A DNA stretch of 33,600 nt from Octopus bimaculoides (lineage: Eukaryota): NCBI RefSeq assembly GCF_001194135.2, contig NC_068993.1, forward strand, positions 598,820 through 632,419, read 5' to 3'. Below, in pieces: positions 1 through 10,559 of the stretch; position 1 is the stretch's first letter, and every line of letters starts with the position of its first letter. The notes beneath the pieces are model-generated. The model ran no database searches, was not told the DNA's origin, and was given only the letters and a program-made list of their open reading frames with translations. The position numbers and the translations under genes were made by a program.

Positions 1-87
1 CACCTTTTACGAAACTTCATTGACTTTCATATATTTATATTGATATACATATATATACGTGTGTTTGGGTGCGTGTGTGTATATACA

Positions 88-177
88 TCTCTATATATAA
101 AGATGATGCGTAGTCTAGACGGTGTTTTTAGATTTCATTATTCTCTTTAACCCGGGCAACGCCGGGTATTTCTGCTA

Positions 178-178
<1 letters not shown>
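88..178 (+). mobile_element. Minimal non-autonomous Helitron-like element (91 bp)
   Basis: A|TCTCTATATATAAAG 5' end; GC-rich hairpin ACCCGG-gcaacg-CCGGGT (150-167); CTAG|T 3' end; sits between A and T. Confidence 0.75.
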
Positions 179-214
<36 letters not shown>

Positions 215-290
215 TAGGTGGATAGATAGATAGAGAGAGAATGGATGGATGGGTAGATAGATAGATAGATATGCATACACACACACAATT
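179..290. repeat. Compound microsatellite (TA)n, (TAGA)n, (GGAT)n, (CA)n
   Basis: Read directly. Confidence 0.95.
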
Positions 291-499
291 AAAAGTGATA
301 CACAAGACTAGATAGAAATATTAAATAATTTCCTTATACATTATCCTAAATGTGATCATGTTTCAACCAGATGGGAGAGAGGAAATGAACTCATGCAGTC
401 TAAGTGTGTGTGTGTGTGCATGCGCACACACACACGGACACAAACACACATATGTACCCAGGTAACCTAGTTAGCAGAGGGAGAGGGTGTTCTGTGAGT

Positions 500-630
500 A
501 AGAACAAGGTGGAGGATTTCTTGAAAGTTATTACTTCTGTTGATAATAAAAAGTTTCTCTTTCAGAGTGAAAGGCAGGTTGTATGGTGCATGTATACAAA
601 TTGGAATGCTACATGGCAGTGCAATATGGG
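500..630 (+). mobile_element. Short RTE LINE fragment
   Basis: cagagtgaaaggcaggttgtatggtgcatgta...atgctacatggcagtg aligns by eye to 30375-30440 (RVKGRLY motif). Confidence 0.65.
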
Positions 631-1504
631 TGTTTTTGTGCTTCCAGTCATCACTCCCTCTCCTTTGAGCCACTTCCTATCAACACACATGTCTCATATT
701 GATTATTGGTCTCCCACCCTTGTTTACCATTCCCTACATTCCCCAAACCCCCATCTCTAACCACCTCTTACTTTTCCCAGATATCTTGCAAACTCTAACC
801 CCCACCCTCCAACCATTCTCTTCCCCTGCCACACACACTCTCCTCTTCACTTTCTTGTATCTTGCAAAGACACCCCTTCCCCCCCCCACCACCTTCTTTA
901 TCTTTTGTTCCAGTAGCACCCCAATTATTCTCACCTGCCCTTATATAATGCATTTCCTCTACAACCACTTTTCCTTCTATCACACCTTCTCAAAACCTTG
1001 CATAAAACCTCTGTCCTTTNNNNNNNNNNNNNNNNNNNNNNNNNNNNNNNNNNNNNNNNNNNNNNNNNNNNNNNNNNNNNNNNNNNNNNNNNNNNNNNNN
1101 NNNNNNNNNNNNNNNNNNNNNNNNNNNNNNNNNNNNNNNNNNNNNNNNNNNNNNNNNNNNNNNNNNNNNNNNNNNNNNNNNNNNNNNNNNNNNNNNNNNN
1201 NNNNNNNNNNNNNNNNNNNNNNNNNNNNNNNNNNNNNNNNNNNNNNNNNNNNNNNNNNNNNNNNNNNNNNNNNNNNNNNNNNNNNNNNNNNNNNNNNNNN
1301 NNNNNNNNNNNNNNNNNNNNNNNNNNNNNNNNNNNNNNNNNNNNNNNNNNNNNNNNNNNNNNNNNNNNNNNNNNNNNNNNNNNNNNNNNNNNNNNNNNNN
1401 NNNNNNNNNNNNNNNNNNNNNNNNNNNNNNNNNNNNNNNNNNNNNNNNNNNNNNNNNNNNNNNNNNNCACACACACACACACACACACTTTTCTCTTTTT
1501 AGCT

Positions 1505-2190
1505 TTTAAGGAGACCATCAAATACAAAGCAGAAGATGGAATGAGAAGAAATTGTGAAAAAAAGTTAGGGAGTAAAGTAAAAATAGGTCTGCAGGATGCC
1601 ATGTTAAAGGAATGGCAAATAAAAACCCTTCATAGACAACACCTGGAAAAAGTGAGCAGGTAAAAATGAAGACAGAAGAATGACAATGTTGGTTAAGAAC
1701 TGTAGAAGCCAGTGGTGAGATAGAAGAATTCTTGGCTGCAACACAGGACCAAAGATTTCTCATCAGAAATCACCAAAAGAATGTTTAAGTAATGACAAAA
1801 TATTTGCCGATGTGGATAAAACAAGTCACCATTGTCACTGGTTGTTGGGTGACGGAAGACAGAGAGAAATGATCTAAATATAAAGATCTGGAAATAGAGA
1901 TAAGTCAAATGTGGAGGCTGGAAAGTGAAATACTCCCTGTAATAATTGGCGCTTTGGGAATGGTTAAAAAGAAACATTCAAACAAATACCCCACGACTAA
2001 CAAATATGCATAACAAAGAGAAAAAAACACAGCTAGGCACCATGCTTATCTTACGTAGAGCACTTTCAAGTCAGTAAAAATAAACCAAATAAAGAAAAAA
2101 CCAAAACCAAAATAAAACACTGCAAATATCCAAGGCACAAAGAGTTGTGCTCAGTGGTGCAGTGAAAAGATGCAATAAAAATAAAGCAAG
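1505..2190 (+). mobile_element. Decayed 3' part of an R4/Dong-like (RLE) non-LTR retrotransposon
   Basis: Broken frames read KEWQIKTLH, WLRT...EEFLAATQDQ, KYKDLEIEISQMWRL..ILPVIIGALG and LGTMLILRRALSSQ* (stop 2075-2077). The 3' UTR resembles 26310-26420 and is followed by a trinucleotide tail. Confidence 0.8.
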
Positions 2191-2193
2191 AGA

Positions 2194-2290
2194 ATGATGA
2201 TGATGCCGATGATGACGACGACGATGGTGGTGGTGGTGATGATGATGATGATGACGATGACGACGACGACGACGACGACGACGAGGAGGA
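2194..2290. repeat. Compound trinucleotide repeat (GAT/GAC/GGT/GAG)
   Basis: Read directly. Confidence 0.95.
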
Positions 2291-2864
2291 GTGTTTCTTC
2301 ATTTGCCAGGAGAGCTAATTCTTTGATGAGTACTTCAGCTGGGTCGAACAGTATGTCCATTATCCCTGGCTGCAATTATAGTCTTGACACAGGCTAGGTT
2401 CAAGGTTATAAGAGCATCAACAGATTATCAATGATAATCTTTACATAATTCTGTGAAGATTATCGTTGATAAACTGTGAGTTGTGGCACACAGATTTCAC
2501 TCACGTGCCGACACTCTGCTTGAAAAATTACTTTTCCAAAAGGTCAACCAAGCATGTATTTGCAGTCATGAAATACTCCCATAATACTGTATTGCTTTAA
2601 GTATTCAACGGGAATTAATATTAGCAGCTAAATTAGATCGTGAGGAATTTATAAATCATTAAATATTTCATTTATCATTAAATGATGATTCAAGATTTTG
2701 AATGCAACATTAAAGAATGACAGAAGACATAAATGGTAGAAGAAAAGAAGAAAGAGTCGAGAGGAGAACCAGCAGACAACTAGACTTGCTCTGTAGAGTC
2801 TAGTGTGTTGTTTGATGTCACTTGCTGGTGTTAACCTTTAACTTCTAAACCTTTCACCTCTAAA

Positions 2865-3050
2865 GGGTCAATAAAATAGGGACCAAGTATTTAGATTTCT
2901 AGCATTGGCATATAACCACAAATCTCAGGGAAGAGTATAACCAATTACATTGACCCCAATATTTAACTGGTACTTTATTTTATCAACCTTAGCAAGATGA
3001 AAGGTAAAGTTGACCTTGACAAGATTTCAAATAAATACCACAAGGCATTT
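2865..3050 (-). mobile_element. SINE family A, reverse copy
   Basis: attgaccccaatatttaactggtactttattttatcaacc...gatgaaaggtaaagttgacc...atttcaa. Confidence 0.7.
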
Positions 3051-3174
3051 ACAAAAGAAAATTCTTTGGGCTGTCTCAGATGAGAGAGACAAATGACTTG
3101 TAGTAACAATCGTTGGGTTTCTGAGTTGAAATCCTAGCACAGTTAGCTTTATCTTTGGGATAAAAAGTGACATA

Positions 3175-3711
3175 CTGTGCAATGAAGTTACTTTGAACAT
3201 GGGGGCTAACTAAATATATTTTGTTTCCTCTTTATATCACAGCTTAAGGTTGCACAGTAACGCAATTTAAAAACAATTTTCCTTCAGCTGAATGGGCTAA
3301 TTCATTTTTAAAGTGAAACAAATCCCAATTAGTATCACGCCTGTGCCAAAATATCTAAAAATTCAGAGCATGTTCAAGTGCTACAGAAGTATCCTTGTAC
3401 TTCCAGCACTTAAAAGTAACTCTTACAGTTGATGGAAAAACTTATCCATCTAAATAACACACTTAACTTTTGAACATAAGTAAAAAAAAAATCTTACTGT
3501 TTAAAGTAACCCCAAATCAGGGGTTATTTTGAACAGCGACAATTATATAAAAAAAGTCATCAAATATTGACTGCAACTTATTTTTATTTCATATGTTTGT
3601 TTACCTATTTGGTCTCCACAACATAGTCAAATTTAGTTGAGATTGAAAAAAGGATTATGAAATTATTGCAATAAGAAATCTAAAACTGTTCAAAGTAACC
3701 CCATTTCACAG
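3175..3711. mobile_element. MITE / non-autonomous Tc1-mariner-pogo-type element, 537 bp
   Basis: 25-bp TIRs CTGTGCAATGAAGTTACTTTGAACA (3175-3199) and TGTTCAAAGTAACCCCATTTCACAG (3687-3711), 22/25 match; TA on both flanks; no ORF. Confidence 0.8.
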
Positions 3712-4368
3712 TACCAATAATGAGATTGATTCTTCTCTCTCTCCATTCCTTTTTCTCTTTCTGTCTCTCAGAATCAGCTCTGTTGCACAATGAGAGGTTT
3801 GTGAGGGAGTAGCCATATTTTTATTTTCAGAAATTATAACATAGAAACATAGAAACATCTTTTAGAACTTTTACGTCTTTTACATCTTTTAGAACTTTGT
3901 CATTTTAGATTTTGCTGGCAAACTTCTAAATTAACATAAACATTTATTTTCATGAAAGAAATTTACCAGAAAACTTTCATCAAATTCTTCCAAAGCTTTC
4001 TGTTAAAACTGTATTGAAACCATTTGTGGGGAATTTTTTTTATCACAGCAACTGATTGCAAACCACAAGGTTTTAATGGGACCCACTGAAGCAAAATTAC
4101 CAAGGGCGATGGTGAGGCTAAGGAGTTGGGAAAGCCAAGCCTCCTCATGGCCATCCCCTGACACCTCAGTGAGGCAAACTATCTAAGAATTTCAGGGTTA
4201 GTGGGCCAGTTGCTCTGAATGTCTCAAATGCCACAGGTTGGAAGAGATAGTTCTATGACATTGTTTCTAGATTTACCATGATTCTTAGTGCTTCAGTTGT
4301 GACACTCTTCGACAGCATCCACAATCCTTTAGAAGATATTTGGGATGTGTACATCTGCCAGTTAAACA

Positions 4369-4384
4369 GGCCACCAGGGGGCTC
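4369..4384 (+). promoter_or_regulatory. CTCF-like motif GGCCACCAGGGGGCTC
   Basis: Close match to the CTCF core consensus CCACCAGGGGGCGC. Confidence 0.4.
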
Positions 4385-5430
4385 TTGGTTCAAAATAATA
4401 TAGAGTGTAATGTGGGAATAATAATGAGGATATGGATGGAAGCTCTGAAAACACACACTGCTGGATAGAGTGTGTGTGTGTGTGGATTAACAGAGTCAGT
4501 AGATCATCGCATAGAATGCATTGTGATATTCATTCTGGCACTCTGTGCTCTGAGTTCAATTCCTTCCAAGGCCATCTTTGCCTTCCATGATCTCACTTCT
4601 CATGCTGGGTTAGCTTAGTGTACTGAGGCAATAAAAATAATATATCTGACCAAAGAGTGCAAGGGAACAGTAAGAGAATATATTGTAAAATCTCTAAATA
4701 TTCCATAGCTTTCTTTACCAAAAAATTTCCATCTCTTCAAATTATAAAAGAAAAAAATGATAAAGAGAAAATTTTAATGTTTAATTAATTAAAATTGTGT
4801 GTATGTAATTTTTTCTATTCTTTGATGATGCACCTTGTTATAGTTGAAGTTAAAATGTAGATACAGCAGTTTGGTTTCCCTCCCTGCTGAATATCAGTGT
4901 TAAACATGATGTTAAAACTTTAAACTAACCTTACTGACATTAAGATTAATCATCTCACCTTTAAAGGTATTAGATTAGTTTTAATCAGTGATGTGGCTTT
5001 CATAAGAAAGCTACTCGCAACCCTCCCTTTAAAGTCTAGGTGGAGTTACCAGATTTACGCAGGTGTGTTCAGAAGATACAAAATGATAGAAAATCTTTAA
5101 TATTAATATATCTATTACTTTAGATTTAGTGTTAATTTAAGCTGATTAACTAGGATTAAGTCAATGTTGGGTATGGCTATTATTTGCATTGATTTTGTGA
5201 GTTGTTTCAAATATATTTATCACAACTCAGAAATGGAGAGTACACCTTACTGATATTAAAACTGAATCCAGATTAAAATTCTGATCCCTATCTTGGAAAA
5301 TTTTTATAGGGAGGAATTTAACAGATTTTATAGTGACTGATGATAATTAACAAAAATATTACTTCATTAGTTCTTGATTAACTTTTCTTCATTTGAAACA
5401 AATGAAAGAAAAAAATGATAAAGAGAAAAT

Positions 5431-5620
5431 GCGGTGACACGTAAAAGCACCCACTACACTCTCTGAGTGGTTGGCGTTAGGAAGGGCATCCAGCTGTAGA
5501 AACTCTGCCAAATCAGACTGGAGCCTGGTGTTGCCATCCGGTTTCACCAGTCCTCAGTCAAATCGTCCAACCCATGCTAGCATGGAAAGCGGACGTTAAA
5601 CGATGATGATGATGATGATG
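5431..5620 (+). mobile_element. RTE-tail repeat (truncated RTE 3' UTR or RTE-dependent SINE), young copy
   Basis: acgtaaaagcacc...aggaagggcatccagctgtagaaact...aacccatgctagcatggaaagcggacgttaaac(gat)n; nearly identical to 32363-32553. Confidence 0.85.
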
Positions 5621-5827
5621 TATCCATTTAGCCACACTAACTGTGTGAAAGTATCAAGAGAACATGTTGAGGTGTGAAACATTTCAATAAGTTACTCCCA
5701 AGTCTCTTTTCAACAACCAATCAACTAACGACAGAAAGTAGCTTCCATTAAGTCTTGAATGGACTTCAATTAATAATTACAGCATCATTAATTAATTACA
5801 ATGTATAATTACAACTGCATTATATAG

Positions 5828-5882
5828 TAACAACAATGTTGTATAACAACAATGTTGTATAACAACAATGTTGTATAACAAC
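5828..5882. repeat. 16-bp minisatellite TAACAACAATGTTGTA, three copies plus a partial
   Basis: Exact tandem units at 5828, 5844 and 5860. Confidence 0.9.
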
Positions 5883-6499
5883 AGCAGAACATAGCAACAA
5901 CAACAACAATAATACACATAACAGATTATAGGCAATTTGTCAGCAGAGTTGGCAGAGCACCAGACAGAATGCTCTGTGCTATTTGTTCCAACTCTCTGCT
6001 CTCTGAAATGGTAGATGAGGGCTTTGATAAAGAGGAGGGTGGAACATTTGTTCAGGGAGACATTTTCTGAGTCTTTCAAAGGATGTAGTGACCCTGCAGA
6101 AACATATTCCATCTCCCCATCTCCACATTTCTAGATTAGCCTATGTTTTGCAATGGGCTGTCCTTGTTTCTGCTCCACAGTGAGATGTGTAGTGCAGCTT
6201 CTTTTTAATCAAAGAGACAGAGACAAGCAGAGATATGCACCATACTTTGCTTATGAATGCAAGTACAGTAGAGTACAGTGGAGTAAAGTGGTGTACTGCC
6301 ATTGAGTACCATGTTCTATGATATGATATTGTTTATTGAGTTAGGTGTATTTGTAGTGATAACAAACACTGTTGAAAACTAAAACATACCATCTCCACCA
6401 CCTCTGACACCAAATTCCATAACAACTATGGAATTTACACCTACAATGCCTTCTCTCATCCTTGACTGAGTAAATATCAAGCAACAGGGAAGAGAGATG

Positions 6500-6650
6500 G
6501 TTTCATCGGTCACTGGTTGGTACTCGTTACAGCTGAGCAAACTGGAGCAGTGTGAAATAAAGTGTGTTGCTCAAGGACACAGCACATCACTCCATCCAGG
6601 AGTGGAACTCACAACCTTGTGATCCTGAGATGAAAAGTCTTGGTGGCCAC
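6500..6650 (-). mobile_element. Related tRNA-SINE, reverse copy
   Basis: aactggagcagtgtgaaataaagtgtgttgctcaaggacacagcac...gaactcacaacctt; B-box-like motif on the minus strand. Confidence 0.55.
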
Positions 6651-7265
6651 ACACCTTCACAGGGACGCCAAACAATGCCAAGATTTGAACCATAAAACCT
6701 TTGGCACAATGATCAAATCTCACGGCCACTGTACCATAAACAAACACACACACACACCATACATGGTGTAAATGTTTCAAATTAGAAATATCACAAAACT
6801 CAGAAAATCTTATCTTCTAAGTTAATATATTAGTTAAGAATTGTATTTCTAATTAAAATCAAATATCGTGTGTGACCTAATTAGTTTCAGTTGAGTCTCG
6901 TTTAGCGTGCTGGTGTTCATCTAATTACTACTTTGAGTAAACAGTTTTGGGTGTAACTATTACAAGGAACGATAACATATTTGCCATGTTCTGGCCAAAT
7001 TGCAGTCCATCAATCAGGGATTTAGATTGGCTTAATCACTTTTAATTAATTAGGTTGATGTCAAGTGTGGGAATTACTCTGCTAAGAGACGAACAAAAAT
7101 AGAAGGACTGAGAAAAAGGGGACACTTTGAACATCACTTGAAACAATCTTAGCTGACAAGGTAGCCTCTACAGGGACACTTGACCTGCTAAAAATAATAG
7201 CCACATCACTTTCAAACCATATCCAACTGTTGTATAAAGAAAAAGTTTAACTATTGAACTCAAAG

Positions 7266-7365
<100 letters not shown>

Positions 7366-7377
7366 GTGCGTGAGACA

Positions 7378-7567
7378 AGCTTCTTTTAGTTTCTGTCCAT
7401 CAGATCCACTGACAAGGTTTTGGTAGGCCCTGAATTATAGTGGAAGACACTTGCCCAAAGTATTACACAGTAGGACTGAACCCAAAACCCACGTGTAGGA
7501 AGCAAGTTTTTCTACCATGCAGCCGTACCTCTACCATGCAGCCATACCTCTACCATGCAGCCATACT
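7378..7567 (-). mobile_element. tRNA-derived SINE family B, reverse copy
   Basis: agcttcttttagtttctgtccatcagatccact...gaagacacttgcccaa...ggactgaaccc (B box on the minus strand)...taccatgcagcc (A box). Confidence 0.8.
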
Positions 7568-7582
7568 TGTACCTTTGCATCA

Positions 7583-7790
7583 AGTTGGCAGAATCATTAG
7601 CATGCCAAGCAAAATGCTTAGCAGCGTTTTGTCTATCATTACATTCTGAGTTCAAATTCCACAGAGGTTGACTTGGCTTTTCATCCTTTTGGGGTTGATT
7701 AAAAAAATGCCAGTCATATACTGGGGTTGATCTAATCAATTTACCCCTTCCTCGCCAAAATCGCTGACCTTGTGCCAAAATTAGGAACCA
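7583..7790 (+). mobile_element. tRNA-derived SINE family A
   Basis: A-box-like tggcagaatcattag, B-box-like gagttcaaatt, core gacttggcttttcatccttttggggttgat; multiple copies in the window. Confidence 0.8.
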
Positions 7791-8443
7791 GTATTTATGG
7801 CTATATTATTGTGATCTTTGCAGATAGTCATCTGTCTTTGCTTTACGTGTAGCAATGTGCCTGGAGAATTGTCTGGTTGCTATGCTTCAGTGGACTCTCA
7901 GTTCAACTCCAGCCTGGAATTATGTCCACATCCTGAGAAATTGATGAGGATCAAAGAACAAACTGACTGAAACATAAGAGAGATGTAGAGATTTTTGACA
8001 TGTTTAATCAGCAGAGATGAGGTTAATAGTGAGAAGAATTTCTCAGGATGACTCTAATCTTATTAATAATTCAGAGCAGACATCTTGACGTTAAAATCAC
8101 GATAAAGAATTTTTAAAAATAAACTTTTAGAAACTTTATATCATAACAGATCCACCACCACCACCACCACCACAGCCACCACCATTGAAGTACTTGTTTG
8201 TGTATATATGTAGGTATATGTGTATGTGCGTATACATATATATGTATATATACGTAACACTGCACACATATATATATATAGAGAAAGGGGGAGAGAGAGA
8301 GAAAGGGGGAGAGAGAGACCTTGATACAACCATTCCACAAACCCAGATGATTTTTCCTTCTTATATTTATTCATTCCTTGCTTTTCTAACATAAATTTTC
8401 CACTGGGAAGAAATGAATAAAGCTTTAGTTACAATAAAATATA

Positions 8444-9716
8444 TTGGGTCATCTGATAAATAATGTTTTTTTTTTAATACTTCTTTTATTTTTCAAAATT
8501 CAGATAAACAAAGTTCTTTTTTAATCTAAAATATACTCTCCTTCATTTCCTGCAATGCTCTTCCATCTCTCTGGTAGACTTTCAAGGCCCCTCTCCCATC
8601 ACTTGTCTGTGATGGAAAATACTCCTCCAATACTGTTCTGACCTCATCTACAGAATTCATATTTTTTCCATCCAAATGATTTTGAAGACTGGGGAATAAA
8701 TGATAATCAGGTGGGGCAATGTCTGGTGAATAAGGTGGGTGGGGCATTGTTTCCCATTCAAACTGCTCCAGCCTTTGGAACGTCATGTGGCCAAGCAGTA
8801 TCCTGATGGAAGAACACCTTTCGTCTTGAAACCAAAGATGGTTGTTTTTCCTTCTAGCGCTGACTTAAGCCACTCAAACTGCTCACAGATCTCCTTTGTT
8901 ATCGTTTGGTTTGAGTTTAAAATTTCAAAGTGGACTAAACCTTTCATATCCACCAAACAGATAACAACACCTTATGTGGGTGAAGACCTTCTTTAGTCTG
9001 GGGTGCCGGTGTTTCTCCTTTCCCTAGCCACTGTCTTTGGTGCTTGACATTTTTATAGAGAACTCATTTCTCATCACCAGTCACTGTTCGGTCCAAAAAA
9101 AGGTTCATTCGTGAAATGAGACAGCAAAAAAGAGCACACATTCACTCTCTGTGCACAATTAGACTCAGAAAGTTTTTGAGGAACCCATTGACCCAATTTG
9201 CTGGCTTTTCCGATGGCATGCAGGTGTCGATGAATGGCTGAATGGCCATATCCAAGCTTCTCTGCTAGTTCCTCAACAGTTACAATGGGATTTTGTTCTA
9301 CCAGGGTTTGCAGGACCTCCTTGTGGAGCTCTGCAGATCTTCCAGGACGAGGCTCATTTTCTAGGCTGTAGTTTCTGGCTTGGAATTTCTGGAACCACCG
9401 TAGACACTGGCTTGCACTTATTGTCCGATCTCCATATGCTGAATTAATATTACTTGCACTTTCTGTTGCGTTGTTGCCTTTATTGAACTCATAAAGCAAA
9501 ATATGCTGAATATGCTCCTTTGTCACTTTCATTATAGCTTTGAAAAAATAACTATTAAAATCGAACTGCATTCTTCAAAACTTGCACCAAGAATAAGGAC
9601 AGGGTATAATTACTACCTGCTTTTACAGCAAGTTGATGCAGGTAGTTTATCCCGCCCCACTCCAACTTTTAGTTCCAGCAATTAAAAGAAAATGCATTTT
9701 TCATGGGATGACCCAA
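8444..9716 (-). mobile_element. Full-length (about 1.27 kb) mariner (Tc1/mariner D,D34D type) DNA transposon, inactive
   Basis: Imperfect TIRs TTGGGTCATC... at 8444 and ...GATGACCCAA ending at 9716; TA on the left flank, not intact on the right; transposase between them. Confidence 0.92.
8521..9532 (-). pseudogene. Mariner transposase pseudogene
   Basis: MKVTKEHI... HTH region, WVPQKL, TGDEK, HQD and YSPDIAPPDYHLF motifs, ending EYILD*. Disrupted by an extra T in a T-run near 9090, a TGA at the W after DEK and further indels. Confidence 0.92.
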
Positions 9717-9841
9717 AAGTTATAATTATTTTACTTATTAATAATCCACTGGGTTGATCGAAGTAATGAACAATTGGGAATGCAAGGAAACAGTGTCAGG
9801 TGTATGAGCAGACATAGTGTTCTATGTGCAACATGAGAGAG

Positions 9842-9872
<31 letters not shown>

Positions 9873-10026
9873 AAGATGTAAGGTTTGTGGAATGTTGGAG
9901 ATGTAATGTAATATCAGATGGAAATCTTTAAAAGTGGAGGCCATAACAGTGTACGAGAAATGTAGAAAAGAATGTCTTGTTTATAAGTTGAAGAGAATAA
10001 ATTAGCTGCAGAAGACAAGACTGGCA

Positions 10027-10255
10027 GATAAGTTAAAGATAAAAGATAAATGTTAGGTTAATTTTAAGATAATAATAAGCAGATTCCTGCAGCTGACATC
10101 GTTGCTGAAGTTGATAAATGGAGAAGTTATTTCGTTAGTCAATAGATCAGATTACGGACTCTGTTTCATAAAGATAACGAAGATAAAGACCTCAAGGCCT
10201 TATTTGAGGGCCCGGAATTGGTAGGGTTTGCAAGATAATAGTTGCATTTCTTATC
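10027..10255. promoter_or_regulatory. Cluster of nine WGATAA (GATA-factor) motifs
   Basis: GATAA at 10027, 10038, 10045, 10068, 10113, 10173, 10182 and 10234, plus reverse TTATCA at 10251. Confidence 0.4.
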
Positions 10256-10450
10256 ATAAGAGTTGTGACCTTAAGGAAACACATCATTTCACAAGTCTTG
10301 ATTATTCCAGCAGGAAATTGCAGAGAATTCTTTGATGACAGGAAATATTAATAAAGAATTGAAGTTTCTGAAAATTGGTTTTAGCTTTTCCCCTGTTGTA
10401 CTCTTTTGCCCCAACTTTCTCTCACTCTTTCTTCCTGTTTCTTGAGTAAT

Positions 10451-10559
10451 GCTGGACTGGCATCCCGTCCAGCTGCGGGGGGAACATATACGTCATACAA
10501 ATCGGGTAACCGGGCCCATGAGCAGCTTGGCTAGGCTTTAAAAGGGCAACAACAACAAA
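10451..10559 (+). mobile_element. SINE remnant with a MetaSINE-like central domain
   Basis: ggactggcatcccgtccag...ggggg...aaatcgggtaaccgggcccatgagc...ttggct, then an (AAC)n/A tail. Resembles the Meta domain from memory only. Confidence 0.4.

Noticed and set aside
640-1019. Strongly pyrimidine-skewed tract with G-runs on the minus strand (possible G-quadruplex or triplex)
   Set aside because: Irregular low-complexity sequence next to a gap; only one compact G-run cluster and no specific evidence.
699-1663. Long ORFs spanning the first gap, and similar ones at 12495-13106, 15264-15569, 27033-27533 and 31237-32382
   Set aside because: Their length comes from N runs translated as X, plus microsatellites.
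2066-2397. Poly-Ser, poly-Met/Thr and poly-Val/Ile ORFs
   Set aside because: Translations of a compound trinucleotide repeat at the tail of the R4-like element.
7512-7567. CRISPR-like interpretation of short direct repeats (also 5828-5882)
   Set aside because: Units are directly adjacent with no unique spacers, the context is eukaryotic and there are no cas genes.
7583-7660. tRNA gene at A/B-box-like motifs
   Set aside because: No cloverleaf; continues into a multi-copy SINE body.
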